A stretch of 63,273 nucleotides of DNA, the filler included, from Salisapilia sapeloensis CBS 127946 (Eukaryota; Protista; Oomycota): the NCBI GenBank assembly GCA_023334545.1. It is 7 parts of 7 records of this genome, joined end to end, with 100 filler letters (N's around TTAATTAATTAA, not from the genome) between each part and the next. Parts side by side here need not be neighbours in the genome. Positions count along the whole stretch, not along the records: positions 1 to 17,794 come from JAADVB010000333.1; 6 more parts are not named here. One strand, given 5' to 3'. Position 1 is the stretch's first letter. Every line of letters starts with the position of its first letter. Shown in pieces: positions 1-10,685 of the stretch. The translations under genes were made by a program, and so were the position numbers. A model generated the notes under the pieces. That model was not told the DNA's origin and searched no databases. It was given only the letters and a program-made list of their open reading frames with translations.

Positions 1-90
1 GAGGTAGAATCGTGATCTTTTCATGTCCTTGTATGCCGTCTTCATCACTTTCCGATTGACCTCTTCCTAGCCTCTTCCATCAAGAAAAGT

Positions 91-390
91 ATGGATCGCC
101 TCTATGTTTCGCTCCTGTTTTGGCAAATTCTACTTATCGATTTCCACAGTGCGGACTTTACGACCTCAGAAACGCACGAGCTCCCTTCGCCTCAAGATGT
201 ACTGCTGCTTGAAATCGAGTTCGAAATGCTTTTTGATCCTTCCAATTTTCGAGATAAAAGCTGAAAGGATCCTTTACGTTGGAACGTTAAATTGAAAATG
301 CTCGCAACTCAACATGTCGAAGATATGGCTAAAACAGAAAGCTAGCACGAGCAGACGGATCGAATAAAAGTACTGATAGGAAGCGTATAA
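91..390 (+). pseudogene. Decayed CAP/SCP (SCP-like extracellular protein) gene, copy 1
   Basis: Frame from ATG 91 reads ...SNFRDKS*KDPLRWNVKLKMLATQHVEDMAKTES*HEQTDR. This matches the CAP/SCP pattern N.YR...PL.WN..L...A..H..DMA....H. In-frame stops TGA 262-264 and TAG 343-345. Confidence 0.55.
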
Positions 391-1004
391 CGAATTCGAA
401 TATTGATCAAACTGCATATCTGGAGATAGACGTACGGGCATCTATCGTGGATAAGAGGAAAAAGTTCAAGGAAGATAACGAGCTAAATATCCAGCAGACA
501 ACTTTTCAAGCTGCAAAAATTAATGTGAAAATACCTTTTCGATGACAAAACAAAATGTTTTGGCATATCTTTCGATCAAGATGAAGATCATCAACACTGG
601 ACGACTCTCTTAGCTTTTGGCTAGATTGAAAACTGCGCAGGGGCAATAAAAGCTCATGAGAAAGGTATCTAGCTCGCCTGAAATTAAAACGTTTCCGATG
701 TTTCCGTGTACTATTGACTCAAATTACTTCAGCTTTGTGTTGAGGATCCTTTAGAGCGCTTAATGCTCGGCTTGAGTGAAAAGCTTCGTTCCTACCAACG
801 AATATCGAATTATAAATAAATTAAGCAACATTATTGAGCCCATGTTAAAAGAACTGGCGCAATCTTGGGGACTCACCACATATTATTCCGATCGGGCTGT
901 CATAAGACGTACCGCTGATAGAGGAATTTATATGTCAAGGATAAAGTCCCGCATACCATTTTACACTCGGATGTCTGGGCAAAAAGCAAGTGAAAGACCT
1001 CCTC

Positions 1005-1589
1005 ATGCATTCCCAGCTCTTCACTCTAGTTGTGCTTTTTCTTTATGCCTATTCAGCAGGTGGACAAGTAATTGCACCATCCAATAGTGGCTCTATCGGC
1101 ATGAACATATCTGAAGTTGTCGGCTTTGGTCACAATTTTGGGAAAGAGGTCTATGTCCATGGTGGGCCCTATGATTTGATTACGGAATTGAATATGGTGC
1201 GTAAGAAGCACGACAAGCCAGACTACAAGTACAATCTTGACTTGGAAGCGATCAGTCAATCTCACGCTTAAGTCACGTCGAGTCACCAAAAAGCAAGCTT
1301 GACCGAGTCAAACGGAGAAACCTTCGAGGATCGCTTGAAAGAGCACGAGGTCAAATACAATCATGCATACGAACTTGACTGGCGTGGATCCCTAGTAAAG
1401 AAGCAAGCTTTTATCGAGAGAATACTCACAAAGTCTATGTATGCGATCATGAGAGACTATGAATATATTGGAGTTGGTCATAGCATGACCGTGGATGACG
1501 AGTTTTCGTACTGGTCACTGATTCTCGTGGAAGGAAAAAGTCTTAGAGACGTCCCGGTGACTCGTATCGAAGACTGGCCGTGGTCCTAA
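1005..1589 (+). pseudogene. CAP/SCP-domain secreted protein with one in-frame stop (pseudogene or base-call error), copy 2
   Basis: ORFs 990..1271 and 1299..1589 share a frame and are separated only by TAA 1269-1271. Signal-peptide-like MHSQLFTLVVLFLYAYSAG, then ELNMVRKKHDKPDYKYNLDLEAISQSHA*..., GETFEDRL and DYEYIGVG, all SCP-like motifs. Confidence 0.65.
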
Positions 1590-1887
1590 AGTGAATGAAA
1601 TGGTGAAAATTGATCATTCTGTTTATCTTACTTGCAGAAGGCATTGCTTAAGTATCTAGTAATGAGACTTGTCGTTGATTCCACAGCTTATGTTTGTTTG
1701 TGTTCATTTGTAGTGCAGCAAAGTATATTTCTTGTTATACATTATTATTAGCATATTTCAGCCTCTCCTCTTAGCTTGCATAGAAGTGCAGTCGTTACTA
1801 AAGTGCGATGCATTCAAGCTGAAACGACAACTTTAATTCCGGAAGCGTCTCTGCTATCTTCACTTTAAATACGTCGAACGCGACCTC

Positions 1888-4732
1888 ATGTCCCTCTTTC
1901 AAGTTCGGGAGTGGTGGCAAGTAAAAAGCGAACAAGATGAAGAGGAATACTCCTTCGGCGCGGTCGCTGTAGGCAATGTTGACAACGATCATTCCGGCCA
2001 AGGTATAAACTTCCGTCTAGTACAACAGATCCAGATGACTGAATAATTTGACAGTAAAAATTGTGACCGGAAGTCTCGATGGGTTTCTACGCTTCTACTC
2101 GCCGACGTCAAGTGGCTTTAAGATTGAGCACTTGTTACTTGAGGAAGACCTGGGTATGCCTATTTTGCAAGTTGAAATCGGATACTTCGTCCCGTAAGTA
2201 TTATTCGCTAAAGGTGTATTGCTTCTGCTGTAATGAATGATATTTAGGAATGATACAGCGCTATCTCTAGCCGTTCTCCATCCACTACAGCTATCTGTCT
2301 ATGCTGTAGAAGCTATGGGTGGACAAGGAGCGGCTGCGAATTACCATAAACTCAGTCTACGATACTCACATCGACTTGGGATTGACGGTAAACACTTCAC
2401 GGCTTACAACTTTGTCTACGGGCCATTTGGCTCGCCAACACCAAGCTCGGGTACAATAAACGGGAACAGAAAGGATTTACTTTGTATACAATCCTTGGAT
2501 GGCCGACTACAAGTGTTTGATCAGGATCGAATGGCATTCTTGCAGCCTTTGAATAATCATTTTCTACCCGGCGCACTTTATTACGTTTCTGCATTGGATT
2601 CGTTTGTGGCATCGACTTCCGACCTTCAAGTTGAGTGCTATCGATATCAAGTACTAGCTTCAGCGTCAATGCGGCAAAAGAAGTCGACCTATGGAGAATC
2701 GAAAGATGAAGAAAGTAAAAGTAGCACCAGTACAGCGCTTCATTCAGATTGGAAAGTAAATGTTGGCGAAAACGTACTGCAGGTGTGTGCTTCACAGTAT
2801 CTTCAGACCGATGCGACCACTCCTGACATTATAGTCCTGTGTGAATTTACTCTATTTGTCTTGGACGCGGATGGAAGCATGTTGATGCAAAAGCGTTTGG
2901 GTTTTACACCGCTTGCCATGACTTTATTTCCACGACCAATGAGTAAGGCCTTGAGAAACGAAAGTAAAGCTGAGATCAGCCCACAGATGCACAATTTGCT
3001 CATTGCAAGCAATACAAATGATTGGATTGTTTACCAAAACTCGACAATCATTTGGTCTGCCTGTAGCAGCGGAAGCACCAGTAACGAGAGTACGGAGATG
3101 AACATAGCATTACCATTGGCAATATTAGTGAACACATTTGGAAATATTCCTGGGATGATCGTATGCCTGGCTTCCGATGGGGCGTTGTCAGTCAATTATA
3201 TGGGCACAGATCCTCCATCTTCATCCGTGGCTGCGCCGGACTCGAAGGAAATTAATTATGAAGAGATGGATGAAGAGCATCGACAGTTACTTAGTGTCAT
3301 TCGGCGGTCACAGACCGATCGCAAGACTGAACCAAAGGAACGCATTTTACTACGCGTACAGGTTCCACCCACTGTAGATGGATACAGGAACGAGAGAGAA
3401 GAGTTTGAAAGCACTAAACAGGATGTGGATGAATCAATCCAGGTAACCATTCGAGTCTATATGACGTTCACTGGTAACTCTAGAGTCGAGAACGTTACTT
3501 TGTCCACGACAACTCCATCCAACATCATATCGGATAGTCCATCTATCATCATCGACGCTGTAGACGGCAGATCATCAACGCCTCTGATTATCCCAATTAC
3601 TTTACGAGCCAAGCCGAGTTGGATGCCGATAGGACTAGACGCAACAATCTCAGCGACATACACACTAGAGTCAGGCCAGCCCCGAGTATCCAAAACAACA
3701 ATCAAACTTCCATTGGGTCTTGCATGTACTCTCGTACCACCAGTTAAGATCAGCACGTACAAATTTACGCTTGACACGAATTATCCTCCCCAAGAGCTCG
3801 TGAACCTTTTCCATGACATCTTCGAGCAAGCTGCTAGCAATCGCGTCAAGTTGGATGGAAGTGGGTCAAACGTTGCTAGTTTCCAATATTATAATGGCGT
3901 CCATGCTACCATTCTCGTGTCAAAGAATGCAGGCCGCTATCGCGTTCAAGCAGACGAGCTAGATGCCTTGTGGATGGTATCGAGTGAGCTAGTAGCGAGG
4001 CTACAACTTGCTTGTAATAATAAACCTGCAATTCAAACGGATGATGAGGGCAAAAACGAGGATACGACACTTCAGATCATATATCAGGAGCCACTTCCGT
4101 TAGCGGATTTCTTTGGGGCTATCGATGCTCACTTTGACTGTAGAAAAGAGAAGCAGTTCCTCGTCGCAGAACTTAACGACCGAGCACATCAGCTGCGGGT
4201 ACTTCAAAAGCGACTTCTTGTTCGCTTTAAAGACAGAAATCCCGCACCTCTTAACTGCCTAGACACTCTGCTCCATGGAACGTACGACCAGATCATGGGA
4301 TTAAGTAAAAAGATAGAACAAGTGGAGCATCAGCTAAAGAAAACGGGGAACCGACTGTCATGTTGCGTCCACTTGATGCTGCTTTTGATGCGTTACCGGT
4401 TTAATCTTGGTGATGAAGACATGACGGTTTTAAAAGGATACTTGAGTCCATACATTGATGAAGATGGTGGTAACAGTGGCGAAAGTGGAAGTGCTGATCA
4501 AGGATGGGAAGAGCGAACAGATGCAGCGTTAATGGAGTTACTCCGCAAGAATCTTTCTATGGGTGATGAAGGAGTTATGAACGCCTCCAACCCTGGCTTG
4601 GCTCTCCAGGATCAAGAACTCAGTGTACCGAAGGATACGAAGCGACTGAAGAAACACATAACATTTTTGTGTGATCGTCTTGGCAAAGGTGCTACGCTAG
4701 TTCCATCAGCAGAGGCCGCACCGGTCATCTAG
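1888..4732 (+). CDS. BBS9: BBSome subunit PTHB1/BBS9; join(1888..2002,2055..2193,2248..4732)
   Basis: Spliced N-terminus MSLFQVREWW...GNVDND..KIVTGSLDGFLRFYSP...LLLEEDLGMPILQVEIGYFVP matches the BBS9 N-terminus. Two GT-AG introns (52 and 54 nt) keep the frame into the 831-aa ORF containing DLLCIQSLDGRLQVFDQD. Confidence 0.92.
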
Positions 4733-4787
4733 AGCTACATAACAATATACTCGACTGCATAGATGTAGCAAGATCTATTGATTTTTA

Positions 4788-5239
4788 TTAGATTCGAAAG
4801 TTATAAATTCTTTCTTTCAATAAGAAGGATTGAGCAATCGCATGGGCATCTCGTAGCATTGGCGTCAGCTTACCAGAGGCCTTTAGACTGACAATTTCAC
4901 TGCCGCCACCGACGGACTGCCCACGGATGAACACATTGGACACAGTGGATCGACCTGTTTTCTCTTGCAGCACACGCTTGATAGCACCTCCGGAGATCCC
5001 GTCATGCGACTTCAAGAGATCAATACTTTTGTATCTCGCTCCACTCTGCCTTATCGTTGCTTTGGCCTGATACCACACATAAGTTACTCGATAGGCATAT
5101 ATTGACAAAACATGCTTCTTACAGTAGCGCAGTACGGACAGTAGAACTTGGAAAAGATCACGACGGGATTCTCGGCAATGATTTTCTCGACAAACTGGCG
5201 GGCTGCCTGCAGTTCACCTTGATTGTGTCCGAATACCAT
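4788..5239 (-). CDS. Dithiol glutaredoxin (CPYC); complement(join(4788..5066,5123..5239)), 131 aa
   Basis: Exon 1 ends VVIFSKFYCPYCAT. A 56-nt GT-AG intron follows, then exon 2 with TGRSTVSNVFIRGQSVGG. Confidence 0.9.
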
Positions 5240-5401
5240 CCTTGACTGTTCCTTTGTTTGGTTCTTTTAATTGTGGCGATCTACTCGAGAAGATCGTACT
5301 ACTCTCTGTGATTGACTATCTGTAATATAAGACAAAATTTTGTTCCACTGGAAACTTGAGGATTTCATTCTGACTTCAAACAAACTACCACGAGCTATAG
5401 A

Positions 5402-6679
5402 CTACTTGGTGACAGGCAAAACTTCGATGGAAAGCATACGTCTGTCTGCTAGACGCTTCAGCAGAGATCTACCACAGGCACTGGCTGGTGTGAGAAATCC
5501 AGCAGATCCATTAGCTCCGTCATGCTCATCCTTGGCAAGACACAGAGCAATTTCGGAGATCATATGGGCTGTGACGAGGTAGGATACATCTCCTACGCAA
5601 TGCACAGACCCTGTAGCAATAAGATTTCGGTCCGAGTCATATGCAAAAGCTTCAGCTTTCATCTTTCCATTGATCATTTCTTCGTCCGACGGCCCTTCAC
5701 CAGGGGATGGCGCCACCTTTCGAGCGATTTCATTCGTCCATGGAATGTAGCTTAGGATACCCAGTATGTACATGAAGGATGTGAGTAGCATACTTGTAAG
5801 AAATCCACCGATAAACATTCTTTCCGAGAACACGAAACTGGAGCCGTAATATTCGTGTAGCTTCAAGTTGCTTCGAAGGACGACAGCACCATCGGTGGTC
5901 GATGTAAAGAATGGCGTGGTCCAGCTATACAAGTCCTTCTGAAATCGAGGGACAAAAGAAACTTGGTTCGCAAGTACATTTGCTTTCGGTTTGTTTTGCT
6001 TATAGTCGGCATCGGCGAGGAGATAAGGGTCACGCAGTATCCTCCATAGCTCCTCATTCGTCGAGTGAAGGACGTGATTAAAGAGACTATGGACTGTGCC
6101 TCCACTAGGAGACATATTCAGATCCGTTAAGTAGTAAGATACGCTCGAGCAATATGAGTCTCTTTCTTGTCGCGCAAAGTCAGTTAATGCAAAAGTCATC
6201 ATGTCGGCTGGCACGGATTCAAAGCCGCAACAATTGACAATGCGAGCGCCAGTCTCCGTAGCTTTCGGCTCAAACTCATGAATCATCTTTTCTGCCCATA
6301 ACATTTCTCCGGTCAAGTCACAGTAGTGAACGCCATTCTCTGCGCATGCTTGCACCAGCCAACTTCCATGACTTGCATACGGTCCGACGAGAGCCATGAC
6401 TACCTTGGTCATCTTCACCATTTTCGTGATACTGATCATATCGGAAGAGTCTGCTTCGATGATTGGAATGTCATCCACTTTCTTTGCAGAAACATCGTCC
6501 ACTTGGGTTTTTAATTGCGCTTTAACTGCTTGAAGCTTCTTGTCGGATCTCCCAGCGATAGCCCATCGAAAGGATGGATCGGATGAAGTTTCAGGATTTG
6601 ACAGAAAGTATCGAGTCACGAGCTTGCCAGTGAATCCCGTTGCACCAAAAATGACCACATCGTACTCCTTTTCGACCAT
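5402..6679 (-). CDS. Saccharopine dehydrogenase-like oxidoreductase (SCCPDH-like family), paralog A
   Basis: 425-aa ORF with YDVVIFGATGFTG Rossmann motif, WAIAGRS, VGPYA, HYCDLTGE, CGFESVPAD, SGGT, PSPGEGPS. Confidence 0.88.
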   Translation of the reverse strand: MVEKEYDVVIFGATGFTGKLVTRYFLSNPETSSDPSFRWAIAGRSDKKLQAVKAQLKTQVDDVSAKKVDDIPIIEADSSDMISITKMVKMTKVVMALVGPYASHGSWLVQACAENGVHYCDLTGEMLWAEKMIHEFEPKATETGARIVNCCGFESVPADMMTFALTDFARQERDSYCSSVSYYLTDLNMSPSGGTVHSLFNHVLHSTNEELWRILRDPYLLADADYKQNKPKANVLANQVSFVPRFQKDLYSWTTPFFTSTTDGAVVLRSNLKLHEYYGSSFVFSERMFIGGFLTSMLLTSFMYILGILSYIPWTNEIARKVAPSPGEGPSDEEMINGKMKAEAFAYDSDRNLIATGSVHCVGDVSYLVTAHMISEIALCLAKDEHDGANGSAGFLTPASACGRSLLKRLADRRMLSIEVLPVTK

Positions 6680-6882
6680 CGCTTCTTACAAAGATGTGCA
6701 AGAACGCAGTCGGCCAAGTGACCACGTCACCTGGTTGTCATGACCATATACTTGTATACAAGATTAAAAAAACATATAGACAAGTTAATGTATACGTCGA
6801 CAGACTGGGCACATTTATAATTAGAATTATTCTATATAAAAGTTTCAATTAGATCATTTTCTAATTATCTTCCGTGATAGCG

Positions 6883-8151
6883 ATGACTTCGAAGCAATTT
6901 GATCTCATAGTCTATGGTGCGACTGGTTTTACGGGTAACTTGATCCTTCGTCACCTGCTGACGGATTCGGAAACGAACTCTGGTTCAGTCAAATGGGCCA
7001 TGGCAGCTCGCAGTCAGTCTAAGATGGACAATGTCAAGCAGGACTTGAAAGAAAAGCTTCCATCCATTGATTCCAAGACCATCGACAACATCCCGACGAT
7101 TACAGCCGACAGTAGTGATAAAGCATCCCTGACGTCGATGGTGCAGCAGACGAAGGCAGTAATCTCGGTTGTTGGACCATACACGTACTATGGCACATTG
7201 TTGCTGGAAGCTTGTGTGGAGAATGGAGTCAACTATTGCGACTTGACGGGCGAAATGGGATGGGTCACGGACATGATTAAAAAGTTCGAAGCGAAAGCGC
7301 AGTCGACTGGAGCTGTCATCGTCCACTGCTGTGGCTTCGAGTCCGTGCCAGCAGACATGACCACGTACGTGACTGCTGACCGTGTGATCTCTACTACGAA
7401 GGCACCTCCCAAACAAGTGGATCTCCACTACACCAAGTTTCAAGGAGGCTACAGTGGCGGTACCATTGCCTCCATCTTTGCAGCACTTGAAAGTATGGAC
7501 AGCAAGAAGCAGAAGAATGCAGCCAATCCGTTTCTACTGACGGATGAAACCACACTTGCGAAAAGAGAAAAAGACAATGTGGTTGGACCGAACGGTCAGA
7601 GTGTCCTGATGAAGTACGAGAAGCCTCTTGGCAAGTACTCGGCCTTCTTCATCGGTGGAATTGTTAATGAACAGGTCGTTCATCGCTCCAACTACCTTAT
7701 GAAGGAGTATTATGGGTCCAAATTTGTCTATCGTGAACGTATGGCAGTAGGAAACGCTATCACCCAGGCGCTGATGACGTTTGGAGTTGCCATCGTTGGT
7801 ATTATGCTCTACTTCCGTCTCACCCGAGCCTTGCTAAAGAAGGTGCTGCCAAACCCTGGTGAAGGTCCGTCGGAGGAGTCGATGAAGAACGGTCATATGG
7901 AATGCACGGCGTTCGGGCTTGGAGACGATGGACAGGTGAAGGTGAAAACAGTTGCCACTGGATATGGCGATCCAGGGTACTTGATGACTTCCAAGGTCAT
8001 CGCCGAGTGTGGTCTTTGTCTAGGCAAAGAGGAATTCAACGGACAGAAACTCCAAGGTGGTTTCTACACTCCTGCGAGTGCCTTTGGCAAGTCCCTCACA
8101 ACGCGTCTGCAGACGAAGAAGATTATGGAGTTTGATGTGCAAGAAGCTTAG
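6883..8151 (+). CDS. Saccharopine dehydrogenase-like oxidoreductase, paralog B
   Basis: ATG at 6883. Motifs FDLIVYGATGFTG, VGPYT, YCDLTGE, CGFESVPAD, SGGTIAS, PNPGEGPS, GDPGY, GGFYTPASAFG. Confidence 0.88.
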   Translation: MTSKQFDLIVYGATGFTGNLILRHLLTDSETNSGSVKWAMAARSQSKMDNVKQDLKEKLPSIDSKTIDNIPTITADSSDKASLTSMVQQTKAVISVVGPYTYYGTLLLEACVENGVNYCDLTGEMGWVTDMIKKFEAKAQSTGAVIVHCCGFESVPADMTTYVTADRVISTTKAPPKQVDLHYTKFQGGYSGGTIASIFAALESMDSKKQKNAANPFLLTDETTLAKREKDNVVGPNGQSVLMKYEKPLGKYSAFFIGGIVNEQVVHRSNYLMKEYYGSKFVYRERMAVGNAITQALMTFGVAIVGIMLYFRLTRALLKKVLPNPGEGPSEESMKNGHMECTAFGLGDDGQVKVKTVATGYGDPGYLMTSKVIAECGLCLGKEEFNGQKLQGGFYTPASAFGKSLTTRLQTKKIMEFDVQEA

Positions 8152-8284
8152 GCGCATTCATCCCGACACTCTTTCTTTTTAAATTTCAATATAACAAGAC
8201 GCTTTCAAGGCTATAACGTATCTTGGGATGTGGCGAGACGAATCGACGGACTGGTTGACGAGTCCCTTCATATTAAATTTGGAA

Positions 8285-9382
8285 ATGGGGAATCAACTTG
8301 GTAGCCAGCCGCTTCCTTTCGAGTATGGAAGACGACCGACGGACAGTGAACTGCTTTTACTCCATGGACTACAGAAACAACTCTTTACTCGACTTGTGCA
8401 ATCACCAACGGTATGTATCTTATCCTACAGTCTTGGAATGTCTGGCTTAAGCTACTCGATGTAGCACATTGGCTTGTTGGAACGATACTGGCAAGCCATG
8501 GTGGTGGATGTGTTTCAGCGCCAACACCCGAGTTGTGAATTGCCGACATTCGTGCTGTCAAGTCCGCTGTGGCGAACGTATGGCGGCTTTACGACCGACA
8601 GACCTTCCTACGATCTACGTCTAACGGGTGAGCTAGGACTGCGCTGCATCGTGCACTTTGTGGAACAGTTTCCAGGAGAAAGTTTATTGATGAAACGAAA
8701 ACGAGGTGGGTATCCATTTGTTCACGGTGCCATGGCAGTGGCAAGAGTGATGGCGGAAGCGCTATGTTTGGTGGACTCGGACGGCCAACCCGGCGCTTTT
8801 GGTGCGACCGAGACTGTGTATTGGCATCTCGTACGAGCAGACCAGGACATCTTTCTACAGCTATTCGCAGTCGCATTCATGCTCTTTGAACGAGAGTACT
8901 GTGCTCAAATGTCGAAAGAGCATGTAGATACGTCGTGCTCGAAAGAGCGAGTACGATTGCTCGCAGGCAATGTCAAGGTGCAAATGGTAGCTGCGTTGGA
9001 GCAATGTCCACGCCAGATCGATGATCTACACTCCGTGTGTTCCAATGCGAAGCATGCGCTGGAAATACTTGGGTCCATGGAATTCGAAACGAACCAGGCT
9101 TCGCATGGAAAGATCTCTGGTCGGAGTAACTGGCACAAGAAGTCGGATGCGACTAGTCAGAAAGAACGAGTCGCGAAGCGACTGTTTCCACGTAGTCCCG
9201 AAGTCGTTACGGGCGAAGTAGAAGCAGGTCGCAGTCCATATGCGTTCTGGTCCAACCATTCATCCAGCCATGATATCTTTGAAGACGCAATTGATATCTT
9301 TGAAGGATTGGAAGTGAAGAAATATTTGACGAGCAATGTAAAGGAAGGACAGGAGGAAGTCGGAATGAACTTGGATATGTAA
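8285..9382 (+). CDS. ELMO/CED-12 domain-like protein; join(8285..8410,8465..9382)
   Basis: W..YGGFTTDRPSYDLRLTGELGL resembles the ELMO core W..LGFQG.DP.TDFRG.G.LGL. A 54-nt GT-AG intron joins an MGNQLGS start in frame. Confidence 0.62.
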
Positions 9383-9447
9383 TCAGAAGCCGTTCTCAGA
9401 TAGTTTGGAAGTGTTTGGACAGTTTCACATAAGAATTAGCGGCTAGA

Positions 9448-9772
9448 ATGACAGACTGCATCGATTGCAAGGCAGGCGACCCGACGTATCACAAGAGCGC
9501 GGTGGAAAACACTGGGTGCGAAGGGTCGTATGAACGTGTCGACGGTAGGCAGCATAGAGCGCTATTATATCTACTCGTGGGTACTCACGGTCTTCTGCAG
9601 AGTGTATGAAGCAGCATAACGGGCGCGTCTCTGCCTGCAAAGAAGTACCTACGCCATTCGAAATTGCGTCTCGATCTCATATGCTAACGACTTCAACTAG
9701 GTCTGGGCCCACTTCCGTCAGTGCCACGAGCAGAACAAGAACGCACAGAAAGCGCAGAAGCAAAGCAAATAG
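9448..9772 (+). CDS. Small twin-CX9C (CHCH, COA4-like) mitochondrial intermembrane-space protein; join(9448..9544,9601..9644,9701..9772), 70 aa
   Basis: Two 56-nt GT-AG introns (the second with a CTAAC branch site) give MTDCIDCKAGDPTYHKSAVENTG-CEGSYERVDEC-MKQHNGRVSA-CKEVWAHFRQC-HEQNK. Not in the ORF track. Confidence 0.82.
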
Positions 9773-10064
9773 ACAAATCATGTGAGCATTACCACGATCC
9801 CGTCTACCTTAAATTTTCAATCGGCCCGCCTTTAGCCTGATTTTATATGGCTTCTTTGCGTCATCTAGAAATCACATCTGTCCAATCACGTGCGTTGTTT
9901 CTAAATTCAACGACCATACAAATGTCTGCGTATCGTCCACAAGCTTCGGAAGCCCACTACGGAATCGGCACGAGAGGAAGCAAGGCGATTCACACTCACC
10001 TTTGTGCCTTCGCAACTACAGATTTTCCCTACAGGACGCAACGTCATTGCATGCATTGATAGAG

Positions 10065-10328
10065 ATGCTTTATGGCTACGGCAGGCCGAACGCCTTTGGG
10101 CATGACCTTGATGAACATGAAACGATGCTGCTCGCATGCACGATTTTCGTCGTGTCCGTGCTTATCGTACTTGTCTACAAGTCCGCTCGCGGGTGGGACG
10201 ACGTGGACTTTTGCAGCAAACCTCGACTTTTATCTAAATTCAGACGACGACGTTCGAGTCGACTCCAGAGCCTGGACACGATTCTCGAAGACGAAGTCTT
10301 TATCGCCGTCGACCTGAAGCAATTATAG
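10065..10328 (+). CDS. Small single-pass membrane protein of unknown function
   Basis: ATG 10065 in ORF 10002..10328. One hydrophobic span MLLACTIFVVSVLIVLVY, followed by a basic cluster and LDTILE. Resembles oomycete hypothetical proteins I have seen. Confidence 0.5.
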   Translation: MLYGYGRPNAFGHDLDEHETMLLACTIFVVSVLIVLVYKSARGWDDVDFCSKPRLLSKFRRRRSSRLQSLDTILEDEVFIAVDLKQL

Positions 10329-10685
10329 CATGCGAACGCTACGGATGGCATCCAAGGAAGATGCACGCATTGACAAGACGATTTTTATGGAGTAGTTTAA
10401 CCACATGAATGTAGACTATACACAATTTCCAATCCTAGTGCTCTTCATACGTTTATGGTTGCCACGCCTCTTCCTTAACTCGGAAACGTTCCTTGGAATC
10501 GCATGTGCAGGATCCGTCAGGCTGATTCCCACCCAACCTGGCGCAAGCGTCGATATCCAGGCCACCTTTCCATACACTTTCACTGACTTTTTCAATACAA
10601 TTTCTCATTGGTCAAAATAACGCTTTTCAACCAATCGCCTCCATCCGATGCCATCCTAACAGCTCATTTGTACTCTGTACGCGAG

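Noticed and set aside
1269-1271. Stop-codon reassignment or programmed readthrough
   Set aside because: TAA, TAG and TGA all end intact genes in this window, and no readthrough context is evident.
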